This document shows positions 16,290 to 30,383 of a DNA stretch of 64,000 nucleotides, piece by piece; position 1 is the stretch's first letter, and each line of letters starts with the position of its first letter. Source of the stretch: Trichoplax adhaerens (Eukaryota; Animalia; Placozoa). The notes under the pieces were generated by a model. The model was given only the letters and a program-made list of their open reading frames with translations, did no database searches and was not told the origin of the DNA. The stretch covers positions 8,386,011 to 8,450,010 of the forward strand of contig NW_002060945.1 of the NCBI RefSeq assembly GCF_000150275.1, in the 5' to 3' direction. Made by a program: the position numbers and the translations under genes.

Positions 16290-16610
16290 CAATGTGATTG
16301 GCTGACTACCAAACAACAATAAAGCGTTGCGTGACGTGGAGTTTTAAGTCACGCAGTTCACGTCACCATACCTCATTCTGGATTCTTTTTGGCGCTGTTG
16401 AGTTGACTTGCAGGCTTTCGTCATCCATTATCACCACGTAAGCCAACCACCGATAACATTTTCCTTTTCCAGTACGCAAGGGCGATACACTGCACTGCAG
16501 TTGGACGCGAAGAGGTGACGTATTCCGTGACGTAGAAGTGAAGGCAAAAAGAGAAGAGGCCGATCAGTAAGCTTGAAATAAAATAATAATCAATTGCACT
16601 ACCGTCGTCA
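16290..16610. promoter_or_regulatory. CpG-rich putative promoter with a CCAAT box and six CRE half-sites (likely the CREB promoter and non-coding first exon)
   Basis: GATTGG at ~16296; TGACG/CGTCA at 16332, 16361, 16419, 16516, 16528 and 16606. A candidate + strand donor gtaagc lies at 16567. The CREB ATG exon has an upstream acceptor (21311-21312), implying a non-coding first exon. Confidence 0.6.
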
Positions 16611-19600
16611 CCTAGGCATCCATCCATAGTGTGGAGAATTTGTTGATTTGATTTAGCGATGGTTTCTTTACCCGAGAACCATCCAGGCGGACAATAGTGT
16701 TCAAGGAGCAGGACGAGGGTGCTATTTCGATCCTAATATCATTTCATACGCTTGCTTTATCCATCCATGGCGCCTTTTTTTTTTCATCCCAGACCGTTTA
16801 GCTTGCTAGAATGATCGATCATTGGGATGGTAGTGGATTCTTCAACGCCATTCGATCGGTGAGGATGAATCCACTACCAATGAAAACTCTTTTGCGGGCA
16901 GCATTCAACGGAGAGAAAAATGGCCCATTTTCTTTCTGCTTACTACCCAGTGGCCTACTACCGGTGTAGGATAGCCAAGGCAAGCACTCATGTTATGTTC
17001 AAACAAGGCTAACTACAGGCCTTGCAATTCAATTGAGCATGATGGAGTAAGTCGTGGACAAATGCATGATTGGTCCATACACCATGCTAGCACGGATGGA
17101 AATTCAATCAAACGATCCATAGTACAAACCGACAATGGAGGAGATGATCATATACCTTTGTCAATGAATCAATCCTTCGGGAAACGGCTACCTTGACTCC
17201 ACCAGTAGGATAGAGGTGGATCGATGACTAACAAAGCGCTTGGGCCTTTCCATCGGTCATTCATGTCGTTGAAAAATAATGGACCAACGTTGATTTCTTC
17301 CATAGACTGCTGTTAAGCATGAAATCCAATCATGTCGACGCAGTCGACTATCCAATACCCTTTAAAACAAATACATTCTCCATCAACTTCACCGACTAGA
17401 CTGTAGTAGGATAGGCAATAGTGTGATGATCGATATCAACGCTGTTGGCCTTGTTGTGGACCATTGCCTTACAAACGTTTGATTGTTCCATAGACTATAG
17501 GAAATACATTGCAAATGCAATCAAACCATCTATAGTATACGTATGCCTACAATGCATTCAAAAATGTTATTATGCCTTTGCTTTGTAAATGAATTGACTC
17601 TCGCCTAATGACAAGATATCAATCAAGAATAACTGTATATGGGAGGATGCCTCCACTCAGCCAATTGCATTATTAAATGCCATCAAGCATTCTACTACAA
17701 TCTTGATCAAAGTAGACATAAATTGACAAGTAGATCAAGCCCCAAAGATTTTTGTCTATAATCTATCCCAAACTGGATGCCATTTTTACTGAGTTTATAG
17801 TCCTTGTTCAAATGGAATGAGCTAATGTACTGCAATTGACATCAACGTAGACATCAAATTGAAGGTTCCATCAGTTTTTACTTCATTTTTCCAATCGTTA
17901 CTGAATTCAATAGCATCAACTGCAAATTCCTTCAAACAAAACAAAATTCAATGTTTATCATGCTCCAAATAGAGTCAATTGCCGATCCCAAAGTTAATTA
18001 CCAGATTTAGTTTGTTCTTGATAATGAATTTGGACAATGAACGCGAACCGAATCGTTGTTGTACGATGCCAAAATGAATTACCACATTAATCTATTGTAG
18101 GTTGCTAGCAACACTAGATCATGACAGGAAAGGATCACTATGTTTATGAATGAATTTGTGTATTAACTTGTGATAGATTCTTTGATGGCTATGCATTAGC
18201 CGTTGGGAACGTATTTTAACTTCATTTCTTAATCGATGACTGTTGTAGAATTGACCATAGATGGACTCTTTTTGCTGGCCTATGTTATTGACTCCATCTC
18301 ACTCTCTAATACTGGCATTGACTAGGATAAATTGATACTAGTAGGAATTTCTCTTTCCATATTCAATACAACTGCCGCGTACTTTTAAATAATAATAATT
18401 AATCTAAACTGTAAGTAACCATTCATAACTACCACTGTAACTGGACTAGCCTCCTCAAATTACTACCGTACATTCATCCAAGTTCACTGTGTTCTGACCA
18501 TGAACATACAATCAGTAAATCCAATTTCTAGGTAGTATTATCAAAAATGCATGTGTATGTTCAATCTGTCTCAACCACTATCCATTTAATGAACACCAGT
18601 AAACAGCGAATGGCAAACACGACTACATGCTTGCTACTACGGCTAATGGACGATGTGTAATTTGTAAATTCATTCATTCATTAATTCTATTAATGAAGTC
18701 TACTATAAACGTATACTGCAATACTGGCTTATCCTTTAAAATACATTACTGGAAGTGAACTTCTTCATGATCATCAATGCTAACTCAAACGCATTGCGAC
18801 TAGACTTGTTGTGTACGCACTTTTTGTCAAGTTTTCTGAATACAATCAATAGAAAATCTTCAATAACATGATTAGGACTACAGCATGTAGAAATAGATGA
18901 AATCATCGAGGTAAGGAAAAGGGCCTATTTTCTTACCTCTACAGTTAAAATTGACTTTTTCCCCTAGTAAATTCCTTCGAAAAGTTGTATCTACATGATC
19001 CAAGCAAGTTAGTAGTCTATTTTCTCCGCTGTAGTTGGATTACAGTGTCACTATAATGTACAACAACAATTTACTCGTCATTCAATTCTACCATCGATCC
19101 AATGGATACTACTGTCGATGAGAAGAATAATCCCATACAGCTCATCATTATCTACTACAAATGGCTGTTATTGATGATATACGCTACTACAGATTTTTTC
19201 AAAAGACATTTCTGCCTTTTCTTACCACTAATCACCTACGTCAATGCTAACCTATAATCATTCAGCCATTTCATCATTTTCCATACTTTTATAATCATGG
19301 AAGTGAACATTTATCAATCACTTTGGATTGGAATCTACTATATTCAATTGCTCTGAAAGAGCCAAAGAACACAATCAATCTATCGTTGCCAACGAAATGG
19401 ATTGATTTTTCCCCCTCTACTTGAAGTATCGTTGACTCCTCAAGTTTTCAACAGAATAACCGCATGCAATATTTTTTTTATCCTTTTTAATTGATTGATA
19501 TTCATATGCCGGCAATTCATTCAACTCGGTAATTCATTGTGACTAGTATAATGGCAATCATGGAACATTTAAACCATTTTTTATTTTTTATTTTGTATGA

Positions 19601-20315
19601 TTGGCCTGTTTACGGTCTCTTTTGCATACATAAATGCATAAGATTGGATCGAGGTCATACCGATTTAGACATGCTTTTTAAGCCAAGAGATAAACAAAAT
19701 CATCATCATCTTTACTCTTGCAATGACCTTTCTCAACAGCGTAAGATTTCTAATCTAAATAGATCTACTTTGACAATGAGGATACAGATTATTGGAGACA
19801 TAAATGCATTATCTTGAATAAACACTACGGAATTGCGTTAACAGTTCATCGTATTATTTTTTACAGTTTCAAGTTCAAGTTGTTCCACAGTATTCAGTTA
19901 TTGGATCACTAAAAGGATAATTGCTATGCTTGACAAATAGTGCGCCTTTCAATGCATGTTGAGATTATGCTATGTGTCCATGCATTAGAATAAGTGCCAA
20001 GAAGTTATGTACCAAATACAAAGTCTATCAAGTCAACAACTGTTCAATAGCATGGATGAACAATGTCCCTCTTATATTTATTATTAACTGACAAAATTGT
20101 CTGTTCTTACTCTTCTAACTTTCACTATTCTCCTATAGACTCTGTTACTAAAATTTTATGAACGATATTGGCAAGTTAATGAAGTTATACTCGCTCGATT
20201 ACATGAACTGAAAAGATTACGTTCATAAATAGAATTGATGCCACTACTATTGAATAGGTACACTAAAAAATCGAAATCTCCACTTTAAAATTTCATTCTC
20301 GTTACTTGAATGGCC

Positions 20316-20551
20316 TGAATCCTACCTGCAAATACTGTTCAAATAGCATAATACCACAAAAAAATCATTTCCAGATAGGCTGAGGATGTCTTCTCGTTGA
20401 ATTTCTGTTGGTGAATAATAGAATGAAGTAATTGCCAGAGTAGCGTGAATCCTGCATGTAAATACTCTATTTAGATACCACGAAAGATCATTTCCAGATA
20501 GGTTATGGATGTCTTCTCGTTGAATTTCTGTTGGTAAATAATAGAATGAAC
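20316..20551. repeat. ~110-130-bp direct tandem duplication in the presumed CREB 5' intron
   Basis: tcatttccagatagg(c/t)t..ggatgtcttctcgttgaatttctgttggt.aataatagaatgaa occurs at ~20365 and ~20488. Confidence 0.85.
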
Positions 20552-21352
20552 CAATTAATGTTGTATTCTGTATGAACGCCTATCATGAAATAAAGGGCTG
20601 AATTCGAGTCCTAAACAACTTGAGAGAGTACATCATTCTGGTAACAGCTCCGCCTTCAACATGCTCCATATTTTATTTTTGCCTGATACTATGATAATAT
20701 TGTATTGTGCGTTTGTAGCATTTAATGTAACAGTGAAATAAGATAATTAGTAATGCCTCAGCTATCTAGCATGAAAGTTAAAGCTAATGAATGCATTGTC
20801 AAACTGAAGACTTTGTAAATCCAGATCAAAAATTCTACCCCTCCTATACAACTCGTATACCGTATTATTTGTACCTTATTTTTTTGTAATGCTACATAAT
20901 CACCTCTACCATGGACTACTACAAGGTTCTCTTCTACTAGCCCATGCCGCAACATATCAATCAATATCAATTGCAGACATGCTGTATAAACCCCATTGCC
21001 AAATGATTGAACTACGTACGGTATTTAACTTACATATCCAACATTTACTATGGATATCACGAGAGCTTTCTATACTTTAAATGACGAAGTAATTCTCATA
21101 ACTGCCGTAATTTAAAATCCTTCTTAGACCGAGATTATACATATACATATATACTACAGCAACGGTTGCTATTCTTATGTTTCATATCATTCTGTTATTG
21201 CCATTTCATAAATTGCTTATAATAGTAAATTCTTGTTGTAGATGACAGTATGCACTATTCCGAAATCTACAGTACGACGAACTAAAAAAATTAAATTCTA
21301 TAAAACCTTTAGATTAACTGCAAGTTTCAAGAAACACTAGCTTAATAATAAC

Positions 21353-22754
21353 ATGGAAGACGTGCAAGATCGCTCTAATGAAATGCTTTCTCAAACTACT
21401 TCCTCTCAAGGCAGCAATCAACAAGATCTGCTTACTACTGCAACAGTCTCACAACATAACAATCCAGTACAAAGAACTGCTAATAACATTCCAATTCAAA
21501 ATAGCGGACAAGTTATCAATGCAGGTATTTTAGTCCAAGCTGGTAACTTAGCACCGCCCCAGCTACCAGTTCAAGGAGTAGATCAATCAGAAGCAGACGA
21601 TAAGGCAACACGAGAAATGTTAGCAAGGAGACCAAGCTATAGGTAACATTATCTCAATACAGGAATCCATGGATCATTTCCTATTCAATTGATGTGAATA
21701 ACTGTAACCTTCAATGAAAAAAACATATAACTACTATAGTATTTTATAAATGAACTATTTTACAATCTTACCCAACTTACTCGTATACTGACAGAGTTAT
21801 ACAATTTTCTTATACTTATAATTCAATCTAGAAAAATTTATAATGACATATCCGATTCGAATAATGGATTACCTAAAATAGACATGCCAGATGGTAGTCA
21901 TCATTCGCAACCTCCCGATGGTAATGATCAAGTAACATCAATCTCAATGGCTAATAACACGACAATTGTTAGCCATCAACAAGCAGGGGGACCAACTGAC
22001 GTTATGCACCCTGTTGGCGCTCATCAAAACATTGCTATGCAAGTAACTGATTCAACTCCAGTCAATATGCCACCTCATTCAATAGCCGCGATAACAGTTG
22101 CTCCTGGTCAGCCTATAATGCAATATACGCAACAGCCACAGCAGGTAATTTTATGTCGTTCTTTATAAATTGAGCAAGCTTGTATTGTCAGTATTGTAGG
22201 TAGCATCATGACATAATAATATATCAATATTGATATATATGCAAAGCAACATAGACCACTACTACGAATATCCGTAGATTAGACGATAATGAAAACTTTG
22301 CAGCTGTTAATTGAATTAATGTCATACACATACGTTTTTGATGTTTTGACAGGCGTTCCAATTACGACCACCACATCATGGATTGCCTCATATATCACAC
22401 AACTTAATTATGAATAATCCTAATTTGGCGAATCAACAAATGGCGGAAGAAGCGTCAAGAAAACGTGAATTACGATTAAGAAAGAATAGGTAAGGGTATA
22501 TACGACTGTAAATACAACATCAAAGTAGTAGTAATAACTTATAGTACGTAGTTATAGCAATGATTTGGACGTTGCTCTATACCGCCTAAACATAATAACT
22601 GTAATGTAGGGATGCTGCAAAAGAATGTCGACGAAAGAAGAAAGAGTACGTGAAGTGTCTTGAGAATCGAGTAGCAGTTTTAGAAAACCAAAACAAAGCA
22701 CTAATTGAAGAATTGAAAGCTTTGAAAGACTTATACTGCCAAAAATCAGACTAA
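21353..22754 (+). CDS. CREB: cAMP-response element binding protein (CREB/CREM/ATF1 family), ~294 aa, 4 coding exons
   Basis: Exons 21353-21642, 21832-22144, 22353-22489, 22610-22754 (885 nt, in frame). Q-rich regions, KID LARRPSYR|KIYNDIS (Ser133 equivalent), and bZIP EEASRKRELRLRKNR|DAAKECRRKKKEYVKCLENRVAVLENQNKALIEELKALKDLYCQKSD. Confidence 0.97.
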
Positions 22755-24401
22755 TACAGTAACAAGGAACGGTTGCACAGTTGTAGTCTTCATTCAATTT
22801 TACTAATGCTACACTGATATTGGGTCATATGACCGGTATCGTTTTAATTTTAATTATAAACTGAATATGCATATAGTAAAAACCATAAGCCTTCACATCT
22901 ATTCTAATGGTAACATACTAGGCGTGAATTATTTGGATGTTATGAACGCATTAAAATATTTAGTACTAGTACCCCTGATCTTCTGGCATATCTCCATATG
23001 CTTTTAGTGCTGCTCTCTGACTAATCCTTCAGATAAAAGTTAAAGTTAACTATTATTGTGTCTGATGTAAACAGTTAGTGTAAATGTAATGTATGCACCG
23101 GCCGGACCTAAAAATTTAATAACATTGCCAATTTTTTTGCTATTACGTACGCGTATGCTCGCCAACCTTATGCAGACCAATTTAAAAGCTGTAGTGTATC
23201 CTAAACTCGTGCACACTCTATTAGATAATGAAATAGGAATAATTTTCTATAGTATGTTATAAGAGATAGCAGTTATTAGAATCATTTCTAAAATCAATTC
23301 AATTCTGAAAGTTTACTTTTTCGTAACAGTAGTATTGTGTGATAACGTATACGTATTGGAGCAATAAGATGATATTACTGTAATATGAATTTTAATAATA
23401 TTGTATTTGTCAACTTGAACTACTACTGTTATCCGCGATATTCATTGGTTCAAAGTCATCAGTACGTATATATGTATTTTAATATACGTACACTTTACTC
23501 ATTTTTAGTTGTATAATAAAAAGGTAGCACAATTTTATACGGAATTTATAAATACCGAATACCTTGGAAAAGAATATTTGATTGCATGCCTAATAAATAA
23601 GCCTTAGTTAATCAAATTAACAACGCGGCAACCAGGGAACAGAGAATTATTCGATACTTTGACTTGCATCCATTACATATAGTAGTGAGCGGCTCCAACG
23701 TCCAATGTATACCAATGCATGAATTTTTAGAATCATATAAGATATCCATAATGTTGCCTGTATAAATCTCGTATGCTTGCTAACATAGGGCAGTTACTGT
23801 TTTGATTTTAAATGACTTTATTAGAGTACTCAGACATATCTGAGTGACATGACGACAAAGTATTGCGAAGATTTTAAAACAAAAATTTAATTCTTTTTTC
23901 TTCTTGATCAATAACTATATTGTGAGTTTGATAAATGTTAATTGTATTGGATTTTTAACAAAATTGTTCCATATTGGACTCTTAATGGTTTATGATTATG
24001 CAACATTGTGCATACATACATATACTAATAGAATCACACTTGAGCGCTATAAATATTGTAATAATTTTTAACGCATATCTGAAAAGCGAGTTACATCCTA
24101 TATATGTAATTTAGTTGTGTTTTTTTTTTGGCTCTAAGGATTATTAAGATATCATAAATGCTGCACATGGCAGGTAGAAATTCAATTAGAAGCAATATAG
24201 GAATAAATATTTCGCCTTTAGTTTAGTTTAGTACAATAAATAACCGCCAAAAATTCTATATTCGTATTACTACTGTTTATTACGAATTAAAAAGAGATAG
24301 AATTATAAATCAATAATCAAATCTCGTTGTTCACAAGCTATGCTTCTTGTTGCACCGATATCCATTTATAAATAAAGTCGCCTATACGTTGATTTCAAAA
24401 T

Positions 24402-27400
24402 TTACTGTAGCTTATCGATGTCTGTTCCTTTTTCCGATAATTTCTCATGTACACCCTTTTTCATCACATTGACTATAAACTTCATTAAAGTTAACCAAGC
24501 ATCTTCTATCGCTTTGTTGTATTTCCTTCCCAAAATTTTCTTTAACATGTACAAGAATGCAGGTGGTACACTCTATTGGAATACGGTAACAAATCAAGGG
24601 CGTTATTTTACATAAACTGTACTACAAAACAGAATGTAGAATCAAATTATTGCCAAGAAAGTAATTTCTGTCACTATTTATAGCAAGAATATCATCATTA
24701 AAGATAAATGTCGTGTTACTTAATGATTTACGCCGCTATCAACTATATACCCAATCAGAGATGCAAGAATAATGAAGTATTGGAATAAGGATCAATACTA
24801 TTTTTTTTTATTTAAACTTGCCGCTATTATTTCCGTTTACCTCAAAGTATTCAACTGGAACTTCGTAGCTTGCATGCCTACTACCAATGGTCAATATTAG
24901 GAAATGGCTACTCCTAATATTAAAATTCATCTCGATAATTGCATCAATGGATTGCATTAATCTTAATGCATGGCCACGGAAATGAGGACATAGCGATAGC
25001 TCTTTTACATCTTCATTAGCATCAAACACCGTAAACACGCTTTTAGCAGCTGGATTAATCTCAAAAAGTCTATGATATTTTTTCAATCAACAGAGAAATT
25101 CAATCAATTTCTAATTAAGATAAATATTACAATTTCACAAATGGAAAAATCTCTCAGGTTTGAAATGATAAAACATTCCATACAAAATTTCTATAGTTAC
25201 AGTAGATAGTGCCCGTCAATATTAACAAGCAATAATAATATTTCTCGAATAGTCGTAGTAAAAGTTATAACGCAGACACCAAGGGCTATTTATTTATTTT
25301 AGTACGGGCATAGCGTAAAGAGAAAATAAAAGCACTATTTTAGGAATAAAAGTTCCCCAGAAATGCAATCTTTAGGAAAAACAAGAGAACAACGTGAAAA
25401 CAGTTTATTGCCTGCAGCGATGTCAAATTTAAATTGATATCATATCCACGCGTATTCTTCTTATGGACGATCTACGTCAAGTATACAATTGCAAAATTGG
25501 GTAGGGCTAATATTCCCATGCCATTATAGTAATTAAGAATTGAAGAAAATGGTCAACGCTCAGATTAAATGAGCATCATATCAGTAATAGGAGGTTTTTT
25601 TAATTTTGATTTACCATGCAGTTACTATAATCAATGCAATTAAAGAGTGTTTCTACAGCCAATATAGAATACGGGTACTAATTATTCAATGAAGAGAAAT
25701 CATTCAGTTATAAGGATATTGAAAAATAGTAGTGGGTTAGCTATTTATAATTGTGATACTCTGCTGCAATTGTTTCAAGATTCACAAGTTTAATAATTAC
25801 TGCAAGAGAATAGTATAGAGACCAAGATGTACAGTAAAAATTTTACTAGGCCGGGCTTCCTAAAATTGGAACAAGTTACACTTTAATAATTTAATTGCTT
25901 AGTATTCAGTTCTATCATGCCGTCGTCCTTCAATTTTAGGACATCGCAGTGAGAATAATTTGTACCGTTAGATTGAATAAGCATTCAAAAGAACTTTAGC
26001 TCTACAGCAAATAGTTACGATGATTAGCAATGATCAATTCTTTCATTTCATCAATCTTCATAGAACAAGACATTTTAATTGAAATGGTCATTTCCAGGTT
26101 CACATGTGAAAGAATTGAATTCAGTAAAGACCAAGGGTAGTTATACAAATGTTTTATTTTACTATACAAAAGTCGTTCAGTAATTCGTCTAGACTAATCT
26201 GGATCGGAACTTAGCACAAAATTGAACATTTTAAACATGAACAATAGTTTTGGATGGCATTGGATTATGAAGGAATAGTCCCAAAAAATTTAATAAGACA
26301 CTACAGAAAGAATTCCGATTTCATCCTCTCAAATATGTAAAGACTCCTTTGATATAATGTTTACAACTGAATTTTTGTCAACATCTGATAAGTTTAATTG
26401 AAATGTAGAATATAATAAAATGATCCAAAATCGTTTCTAACTGATGTATGAATCTATAGTCCTCATTTCCCTTTAGAGAAGATAGTATTGAAACTGATCA
26501 TTATTTGAAGAAGAAACAATTTTTACACATGCATGTGGTAGACAGTTGTATCTTATCATAATACCTTTTTTACATCTTTGGTACCAATCACGAAATAAAA
26601 TTCATTGCTTTCTTTTAGCTAAGTCTATATCACCAAATTCATTGGCTACTTTGCCATAATATAAATCATCAGTGAAATGGTATTGCATCGATAAATAGGC
26701 AAATGACTCTTAATAAATAAAATACTTCAGTAGCTGGATAATTTAAGCATTTTAATTTGTTGATACGAACGCTGTACAAGGCATAGAAATGAAACCAACA
26801 AATAGAAAATTTTCTTTAGGTCGTTAGAGCAACAAGATGGATTTATTATGCTACAGCGATGTGAAACAATAAAAATGAGCCTAACGAATATCGTAACTTT
26901 TAAAATGGAGAAAAGTCTTTTTTATCTTCTTAAAATATCGAGTTGCATCTTGCTATCTTGTAGCTATGAAAAGCCATAAAAAAATAGCCTAACGAATGTT
27001 GTGACTTTTAAAAGATAGGAAATTCTTTTTAGGACTTTAAACTAGCGGATACGCTTTTTTTTTATTATTATAACTATACAAAGGCATGAAAAATGAGCCC
27101 ATCGTATGTTGTGACTTTTAAAAGACAGAAAATTCATTTTAGGGCATTAGAGTAGTGTGATATATTTTATAGTAGCTATGCAAAGCCATGAAAACCGGGG
27201 CCGATGAATGTTGTAGCTTTTAAAAGATAGATAATTCTTTTAGGGCATTAAAGTAGCAACAGACGTTTTATTTAGTTGTAGCTATGCAAAATCATGAAAA
27301 AAGAGCTTAACGAATATGAAGATCTCAATTTTAGGTCCTCAGAGTAACGAGTTGCTTTATATTACGTTATAGTTATGTAGTCCTACGTTTTTCTTCAAGT

Positions 27401-30383
27401 GCAGCTTGTAGATCTATTTCATTGCGTGCAATAATTTTGCAATTAATAGAAGAAAATTAATATCTTAGAAAATGAAACCTACTCCTATATAATTATAAAG
27501 GAAAGGAATTTCTGTTATAGAACTTTCCCTACTTCCTTCAGCATAATGCTCCAGCACAATCCTGAAATTTAAAAGCATCCGCCTAGTATCATTAATCTTC
27601 GAAACATCTATTTCATAGGATGCATGTATAACAGAATTTTCTTCCTATATCCTAAATAGCGGGCTATTCAATAAATAAGGTTGGGAAGAAGTACACCTGC
27701 TATGGTCGTAATTGAAAATCTGATAGACTATTCACATAGTTCATACATAACTAAATTGCAGGTCGAAGAGTAACGAGATATGATTTATAACCTAATATTA
27801 TTACCTTTCACGTATTGAATGTAATATCCATAAGATTGAAAAGTAATTGAGTACCTTATACGATATTATTACTTCTATATCATATTGCACGGTAATCTAA
27901 TTAATAAATATAATTAGGGGATTATCGTTTCTATAAGATTGAATGCCCTTTTCGTATCATTTTAGAATCGCAGAACATGTTAACTAAAAATTTTCTTATT
28001 GTAGACGGCACATTGCTCAAATACAAATCATGAAATTCTATAGATATTGAAGAAAATGCATGTAATGCTGCCACTCTATAACTAAACTACAAGACTTCAA
28101 AGGATACAAAATAAATATGTTCTACAACATTATTAGCCCTCCTCCTTTCTGTATTTCAAACCACACCATATCCTAATATGAAATATGAAATGTCACTGAA
28201 AATTTAAGAAACAAGTCTAATATCACCACTTCTTAAATAGACTTTCTGGAAAACTTAAAGTTATATGAATATGGTGTGTTCTACAGTATTACTACCTTCT
28301 TTCATCTAATATAATTTTGAATGAATTGATGTGTGTGTAAACTAAAATGTGCTCGACAATATTATTAGCCGTCTTCTATTTTGTATTTCAAACCGCATCA
28401 TATTTTAACATAAACTATGAAATGTCATTAAAAATGTAAGAAATACGTCTAATACTGCCACCTCTTAAATAGACTATCTATAAAACTGAAAGATATATGA
28501 ACTTAGTGTATTCTACAACATTGTTACCCTTCTTCCATCTAGAATATATTTCGAATAAATCGATAGAATAGTAGATCATTACTTCTATAAAATCAATATA
28601 CCTTGCATGCAATTTAAATATATTAGCATAGGTCTTCTGATGGTATACTTCATTTCAACCTGTATGATGTAGTAATACAAGCTAGATATTATAAGAAACG
28701 GCATTATCTATTTAGAATCACTAATAGCGAAAGTAGGCCATCGCCATTCCATAAGCTAAGCATATCAGAATAGGTTATCGATGAGTTTTTCCCTATGCTA
28801 TCTGTATAATACTTGAATATATGCTATTAATTTCAAGCAAGCAACACTTTTCATCTATTTGCACTATATCTATCGCATAAGTAGGCTATAGCTTTTAAAA
28901 ATTTAAGCGTATCACAATCAGTTATCGAATAGCATTTACCCACTTCATTTTCTGTAAGATACCCTGATGTATACTAGCAATTACAAGAAATTGCTTTATC
29001 TGTTTTTATATCTATAGTAGCAGTAACTCATTGCCTTTTAAAATTTATGCCTATCAGAGAAAGGCGTGAATAGTATTTTCCTATTTTCTATTTGCATGAT
29101 ATTCTAATTCGTACTGTAAATTACAAGAAAACAATATTACCTATTTTTCATAAAAATATATCGTCTCTTTTTGAAATAGAATACACTTTCCATATGAAAT
29201 AAAAAAATCATAGTGACCTAAAAGTTCTTCCCAATCTTAATTTGCTTTACACCCTAACATAATCCGTGAATTATCATGTACAAGAAATGAACAAGAAATC
29301 AAATAAACTATGGGACTTATGTTACAAATGATTAAACAGCTGTAACCTATACAATATTTTCTGCTATACTCTTCCGGATCATGTTTAAGTATAAGTTATA
29401 TGCTTCGATTCAAAGCAAACACCATCACTCTTAAACATAGAAAACTAAATATCTTCTATAATGGACAAAAACGAAAATAATAATAGCTAGGTGCTAGATC
29501 ACCCCCAGCTCAAGTCAATAAGCGATTATAATAAAGTTGTTAAAATATTATCATAGATCACAAAGTGCAGTTATCAATTACGAAATGGAAGCGGGATAGC
29601 TAATGTTATGAGACAACAGCTATTTATGTTGAAATCTTAAATAATGATTATAATGTCGATAAATATAGTGGTTTATAATCATTAAATTATTATCAATTCA
29701 ATGTTGATTGGCTTAATAAAGAACAGATGAGGTTTATTATGTTCTACATGAATATTCTATAGTCGAGTGCAGAATCTAGCATATTAAATTAACTTTTTAG
29801 CATCATATGAATAAATCGTGATACATTTGCAATGATGTTCATCAAAATGATCAACCAGTATCGATTTACATATTGATCAGGTAGGGTTACCCCTTAAAAA
29901 TCACCGGGTAATATTCTATCATGGCATTAGTAATGCACTAACTCCTTCATACATGTAGAGAAATAGTTTGCTTTCCCTCCCACCTTTTCTTGCTAGAATA
30001 TGTGCTTTGGTAACAATAAAATACAACGATACAACAAACTAAATTTTCATTCTTTTTTAAGCTAGAATATATTAAATTTAATTTTGAATTTTCTTTTATA
30101 TTAAACATCCGACCAAGTAGAATCAGAATTGATAAATTGATCAGGTACCGAAATAGCACCTAAAAAGATACTGTCTCGAACAGAAAAAGAATAGATTGAT
30201 CTACAGTTATAATCTAGAAGTTCACCTTATAAAGAGGATGACGCCATGCTCCACTTTTTTTTTCGATATTAATGGCCATGTTTTACTTAAAATTCTACGT
30301 TGATTATAGGTGAATAAATGTTGATCTTCATCAATATATTGTGGAAGATCACGTTTTTCTTCTTTAGTTAATGAAAAACCCAT
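24402..30383 (-). CDS. Globin (neuroglobin/globin-X-like), ~185 aa, 3 exons with a 5.2-kb first intron
   Basis: Exons 30383-30226 (MGFSLTKEEKRDLPQYIDEDQHLFTYNQRRILSKTWPLISKKKVEHGVILFI), 25069-24841 (RLFEINPAAKSVF...FRGHALRLM...IGSRHASYEVPVEYFE) and 24572-24402 (SVPPAFLYML...DAWLTLMKFI...). A-helix Trp, C2 Pro, CD1 Phe, E7 His and F8 His are present. The introns are phase 2 and phase 0, consistent with the conserved B12.2 and G7.0 positions. Confidence 0.9.
26800..27370. repeat. Degenerate ~105-110-bp tandem repeat (~5 copies) in globin intron 1
   Basis: The core gagcctaacgaatgttgtgacttttaaaagatagaaaattctttttaggg recurs near 26875, 26985, 27093, 27198 and 27302. Confidence 0.8.
28115..28565. 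repeat. ~230-bp diverged tandem duplication in globin intron 1
   Basis: attattagcc...tgtatttcaaacc...tatgaaatgtca...tcttaaatagact...ttctaca occurs at ~28130 and ~28360. Confidence 0.85.
28680..29150. repeat. Highly degenerate ~145-bp tandem repeat (~3 copies) in globin intron 1
   Basis: Recurring aattacaagaaa...tatctattt...cttttaaaattta.gc.tatca...gttatcga blocks. Confidence 0.5.
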
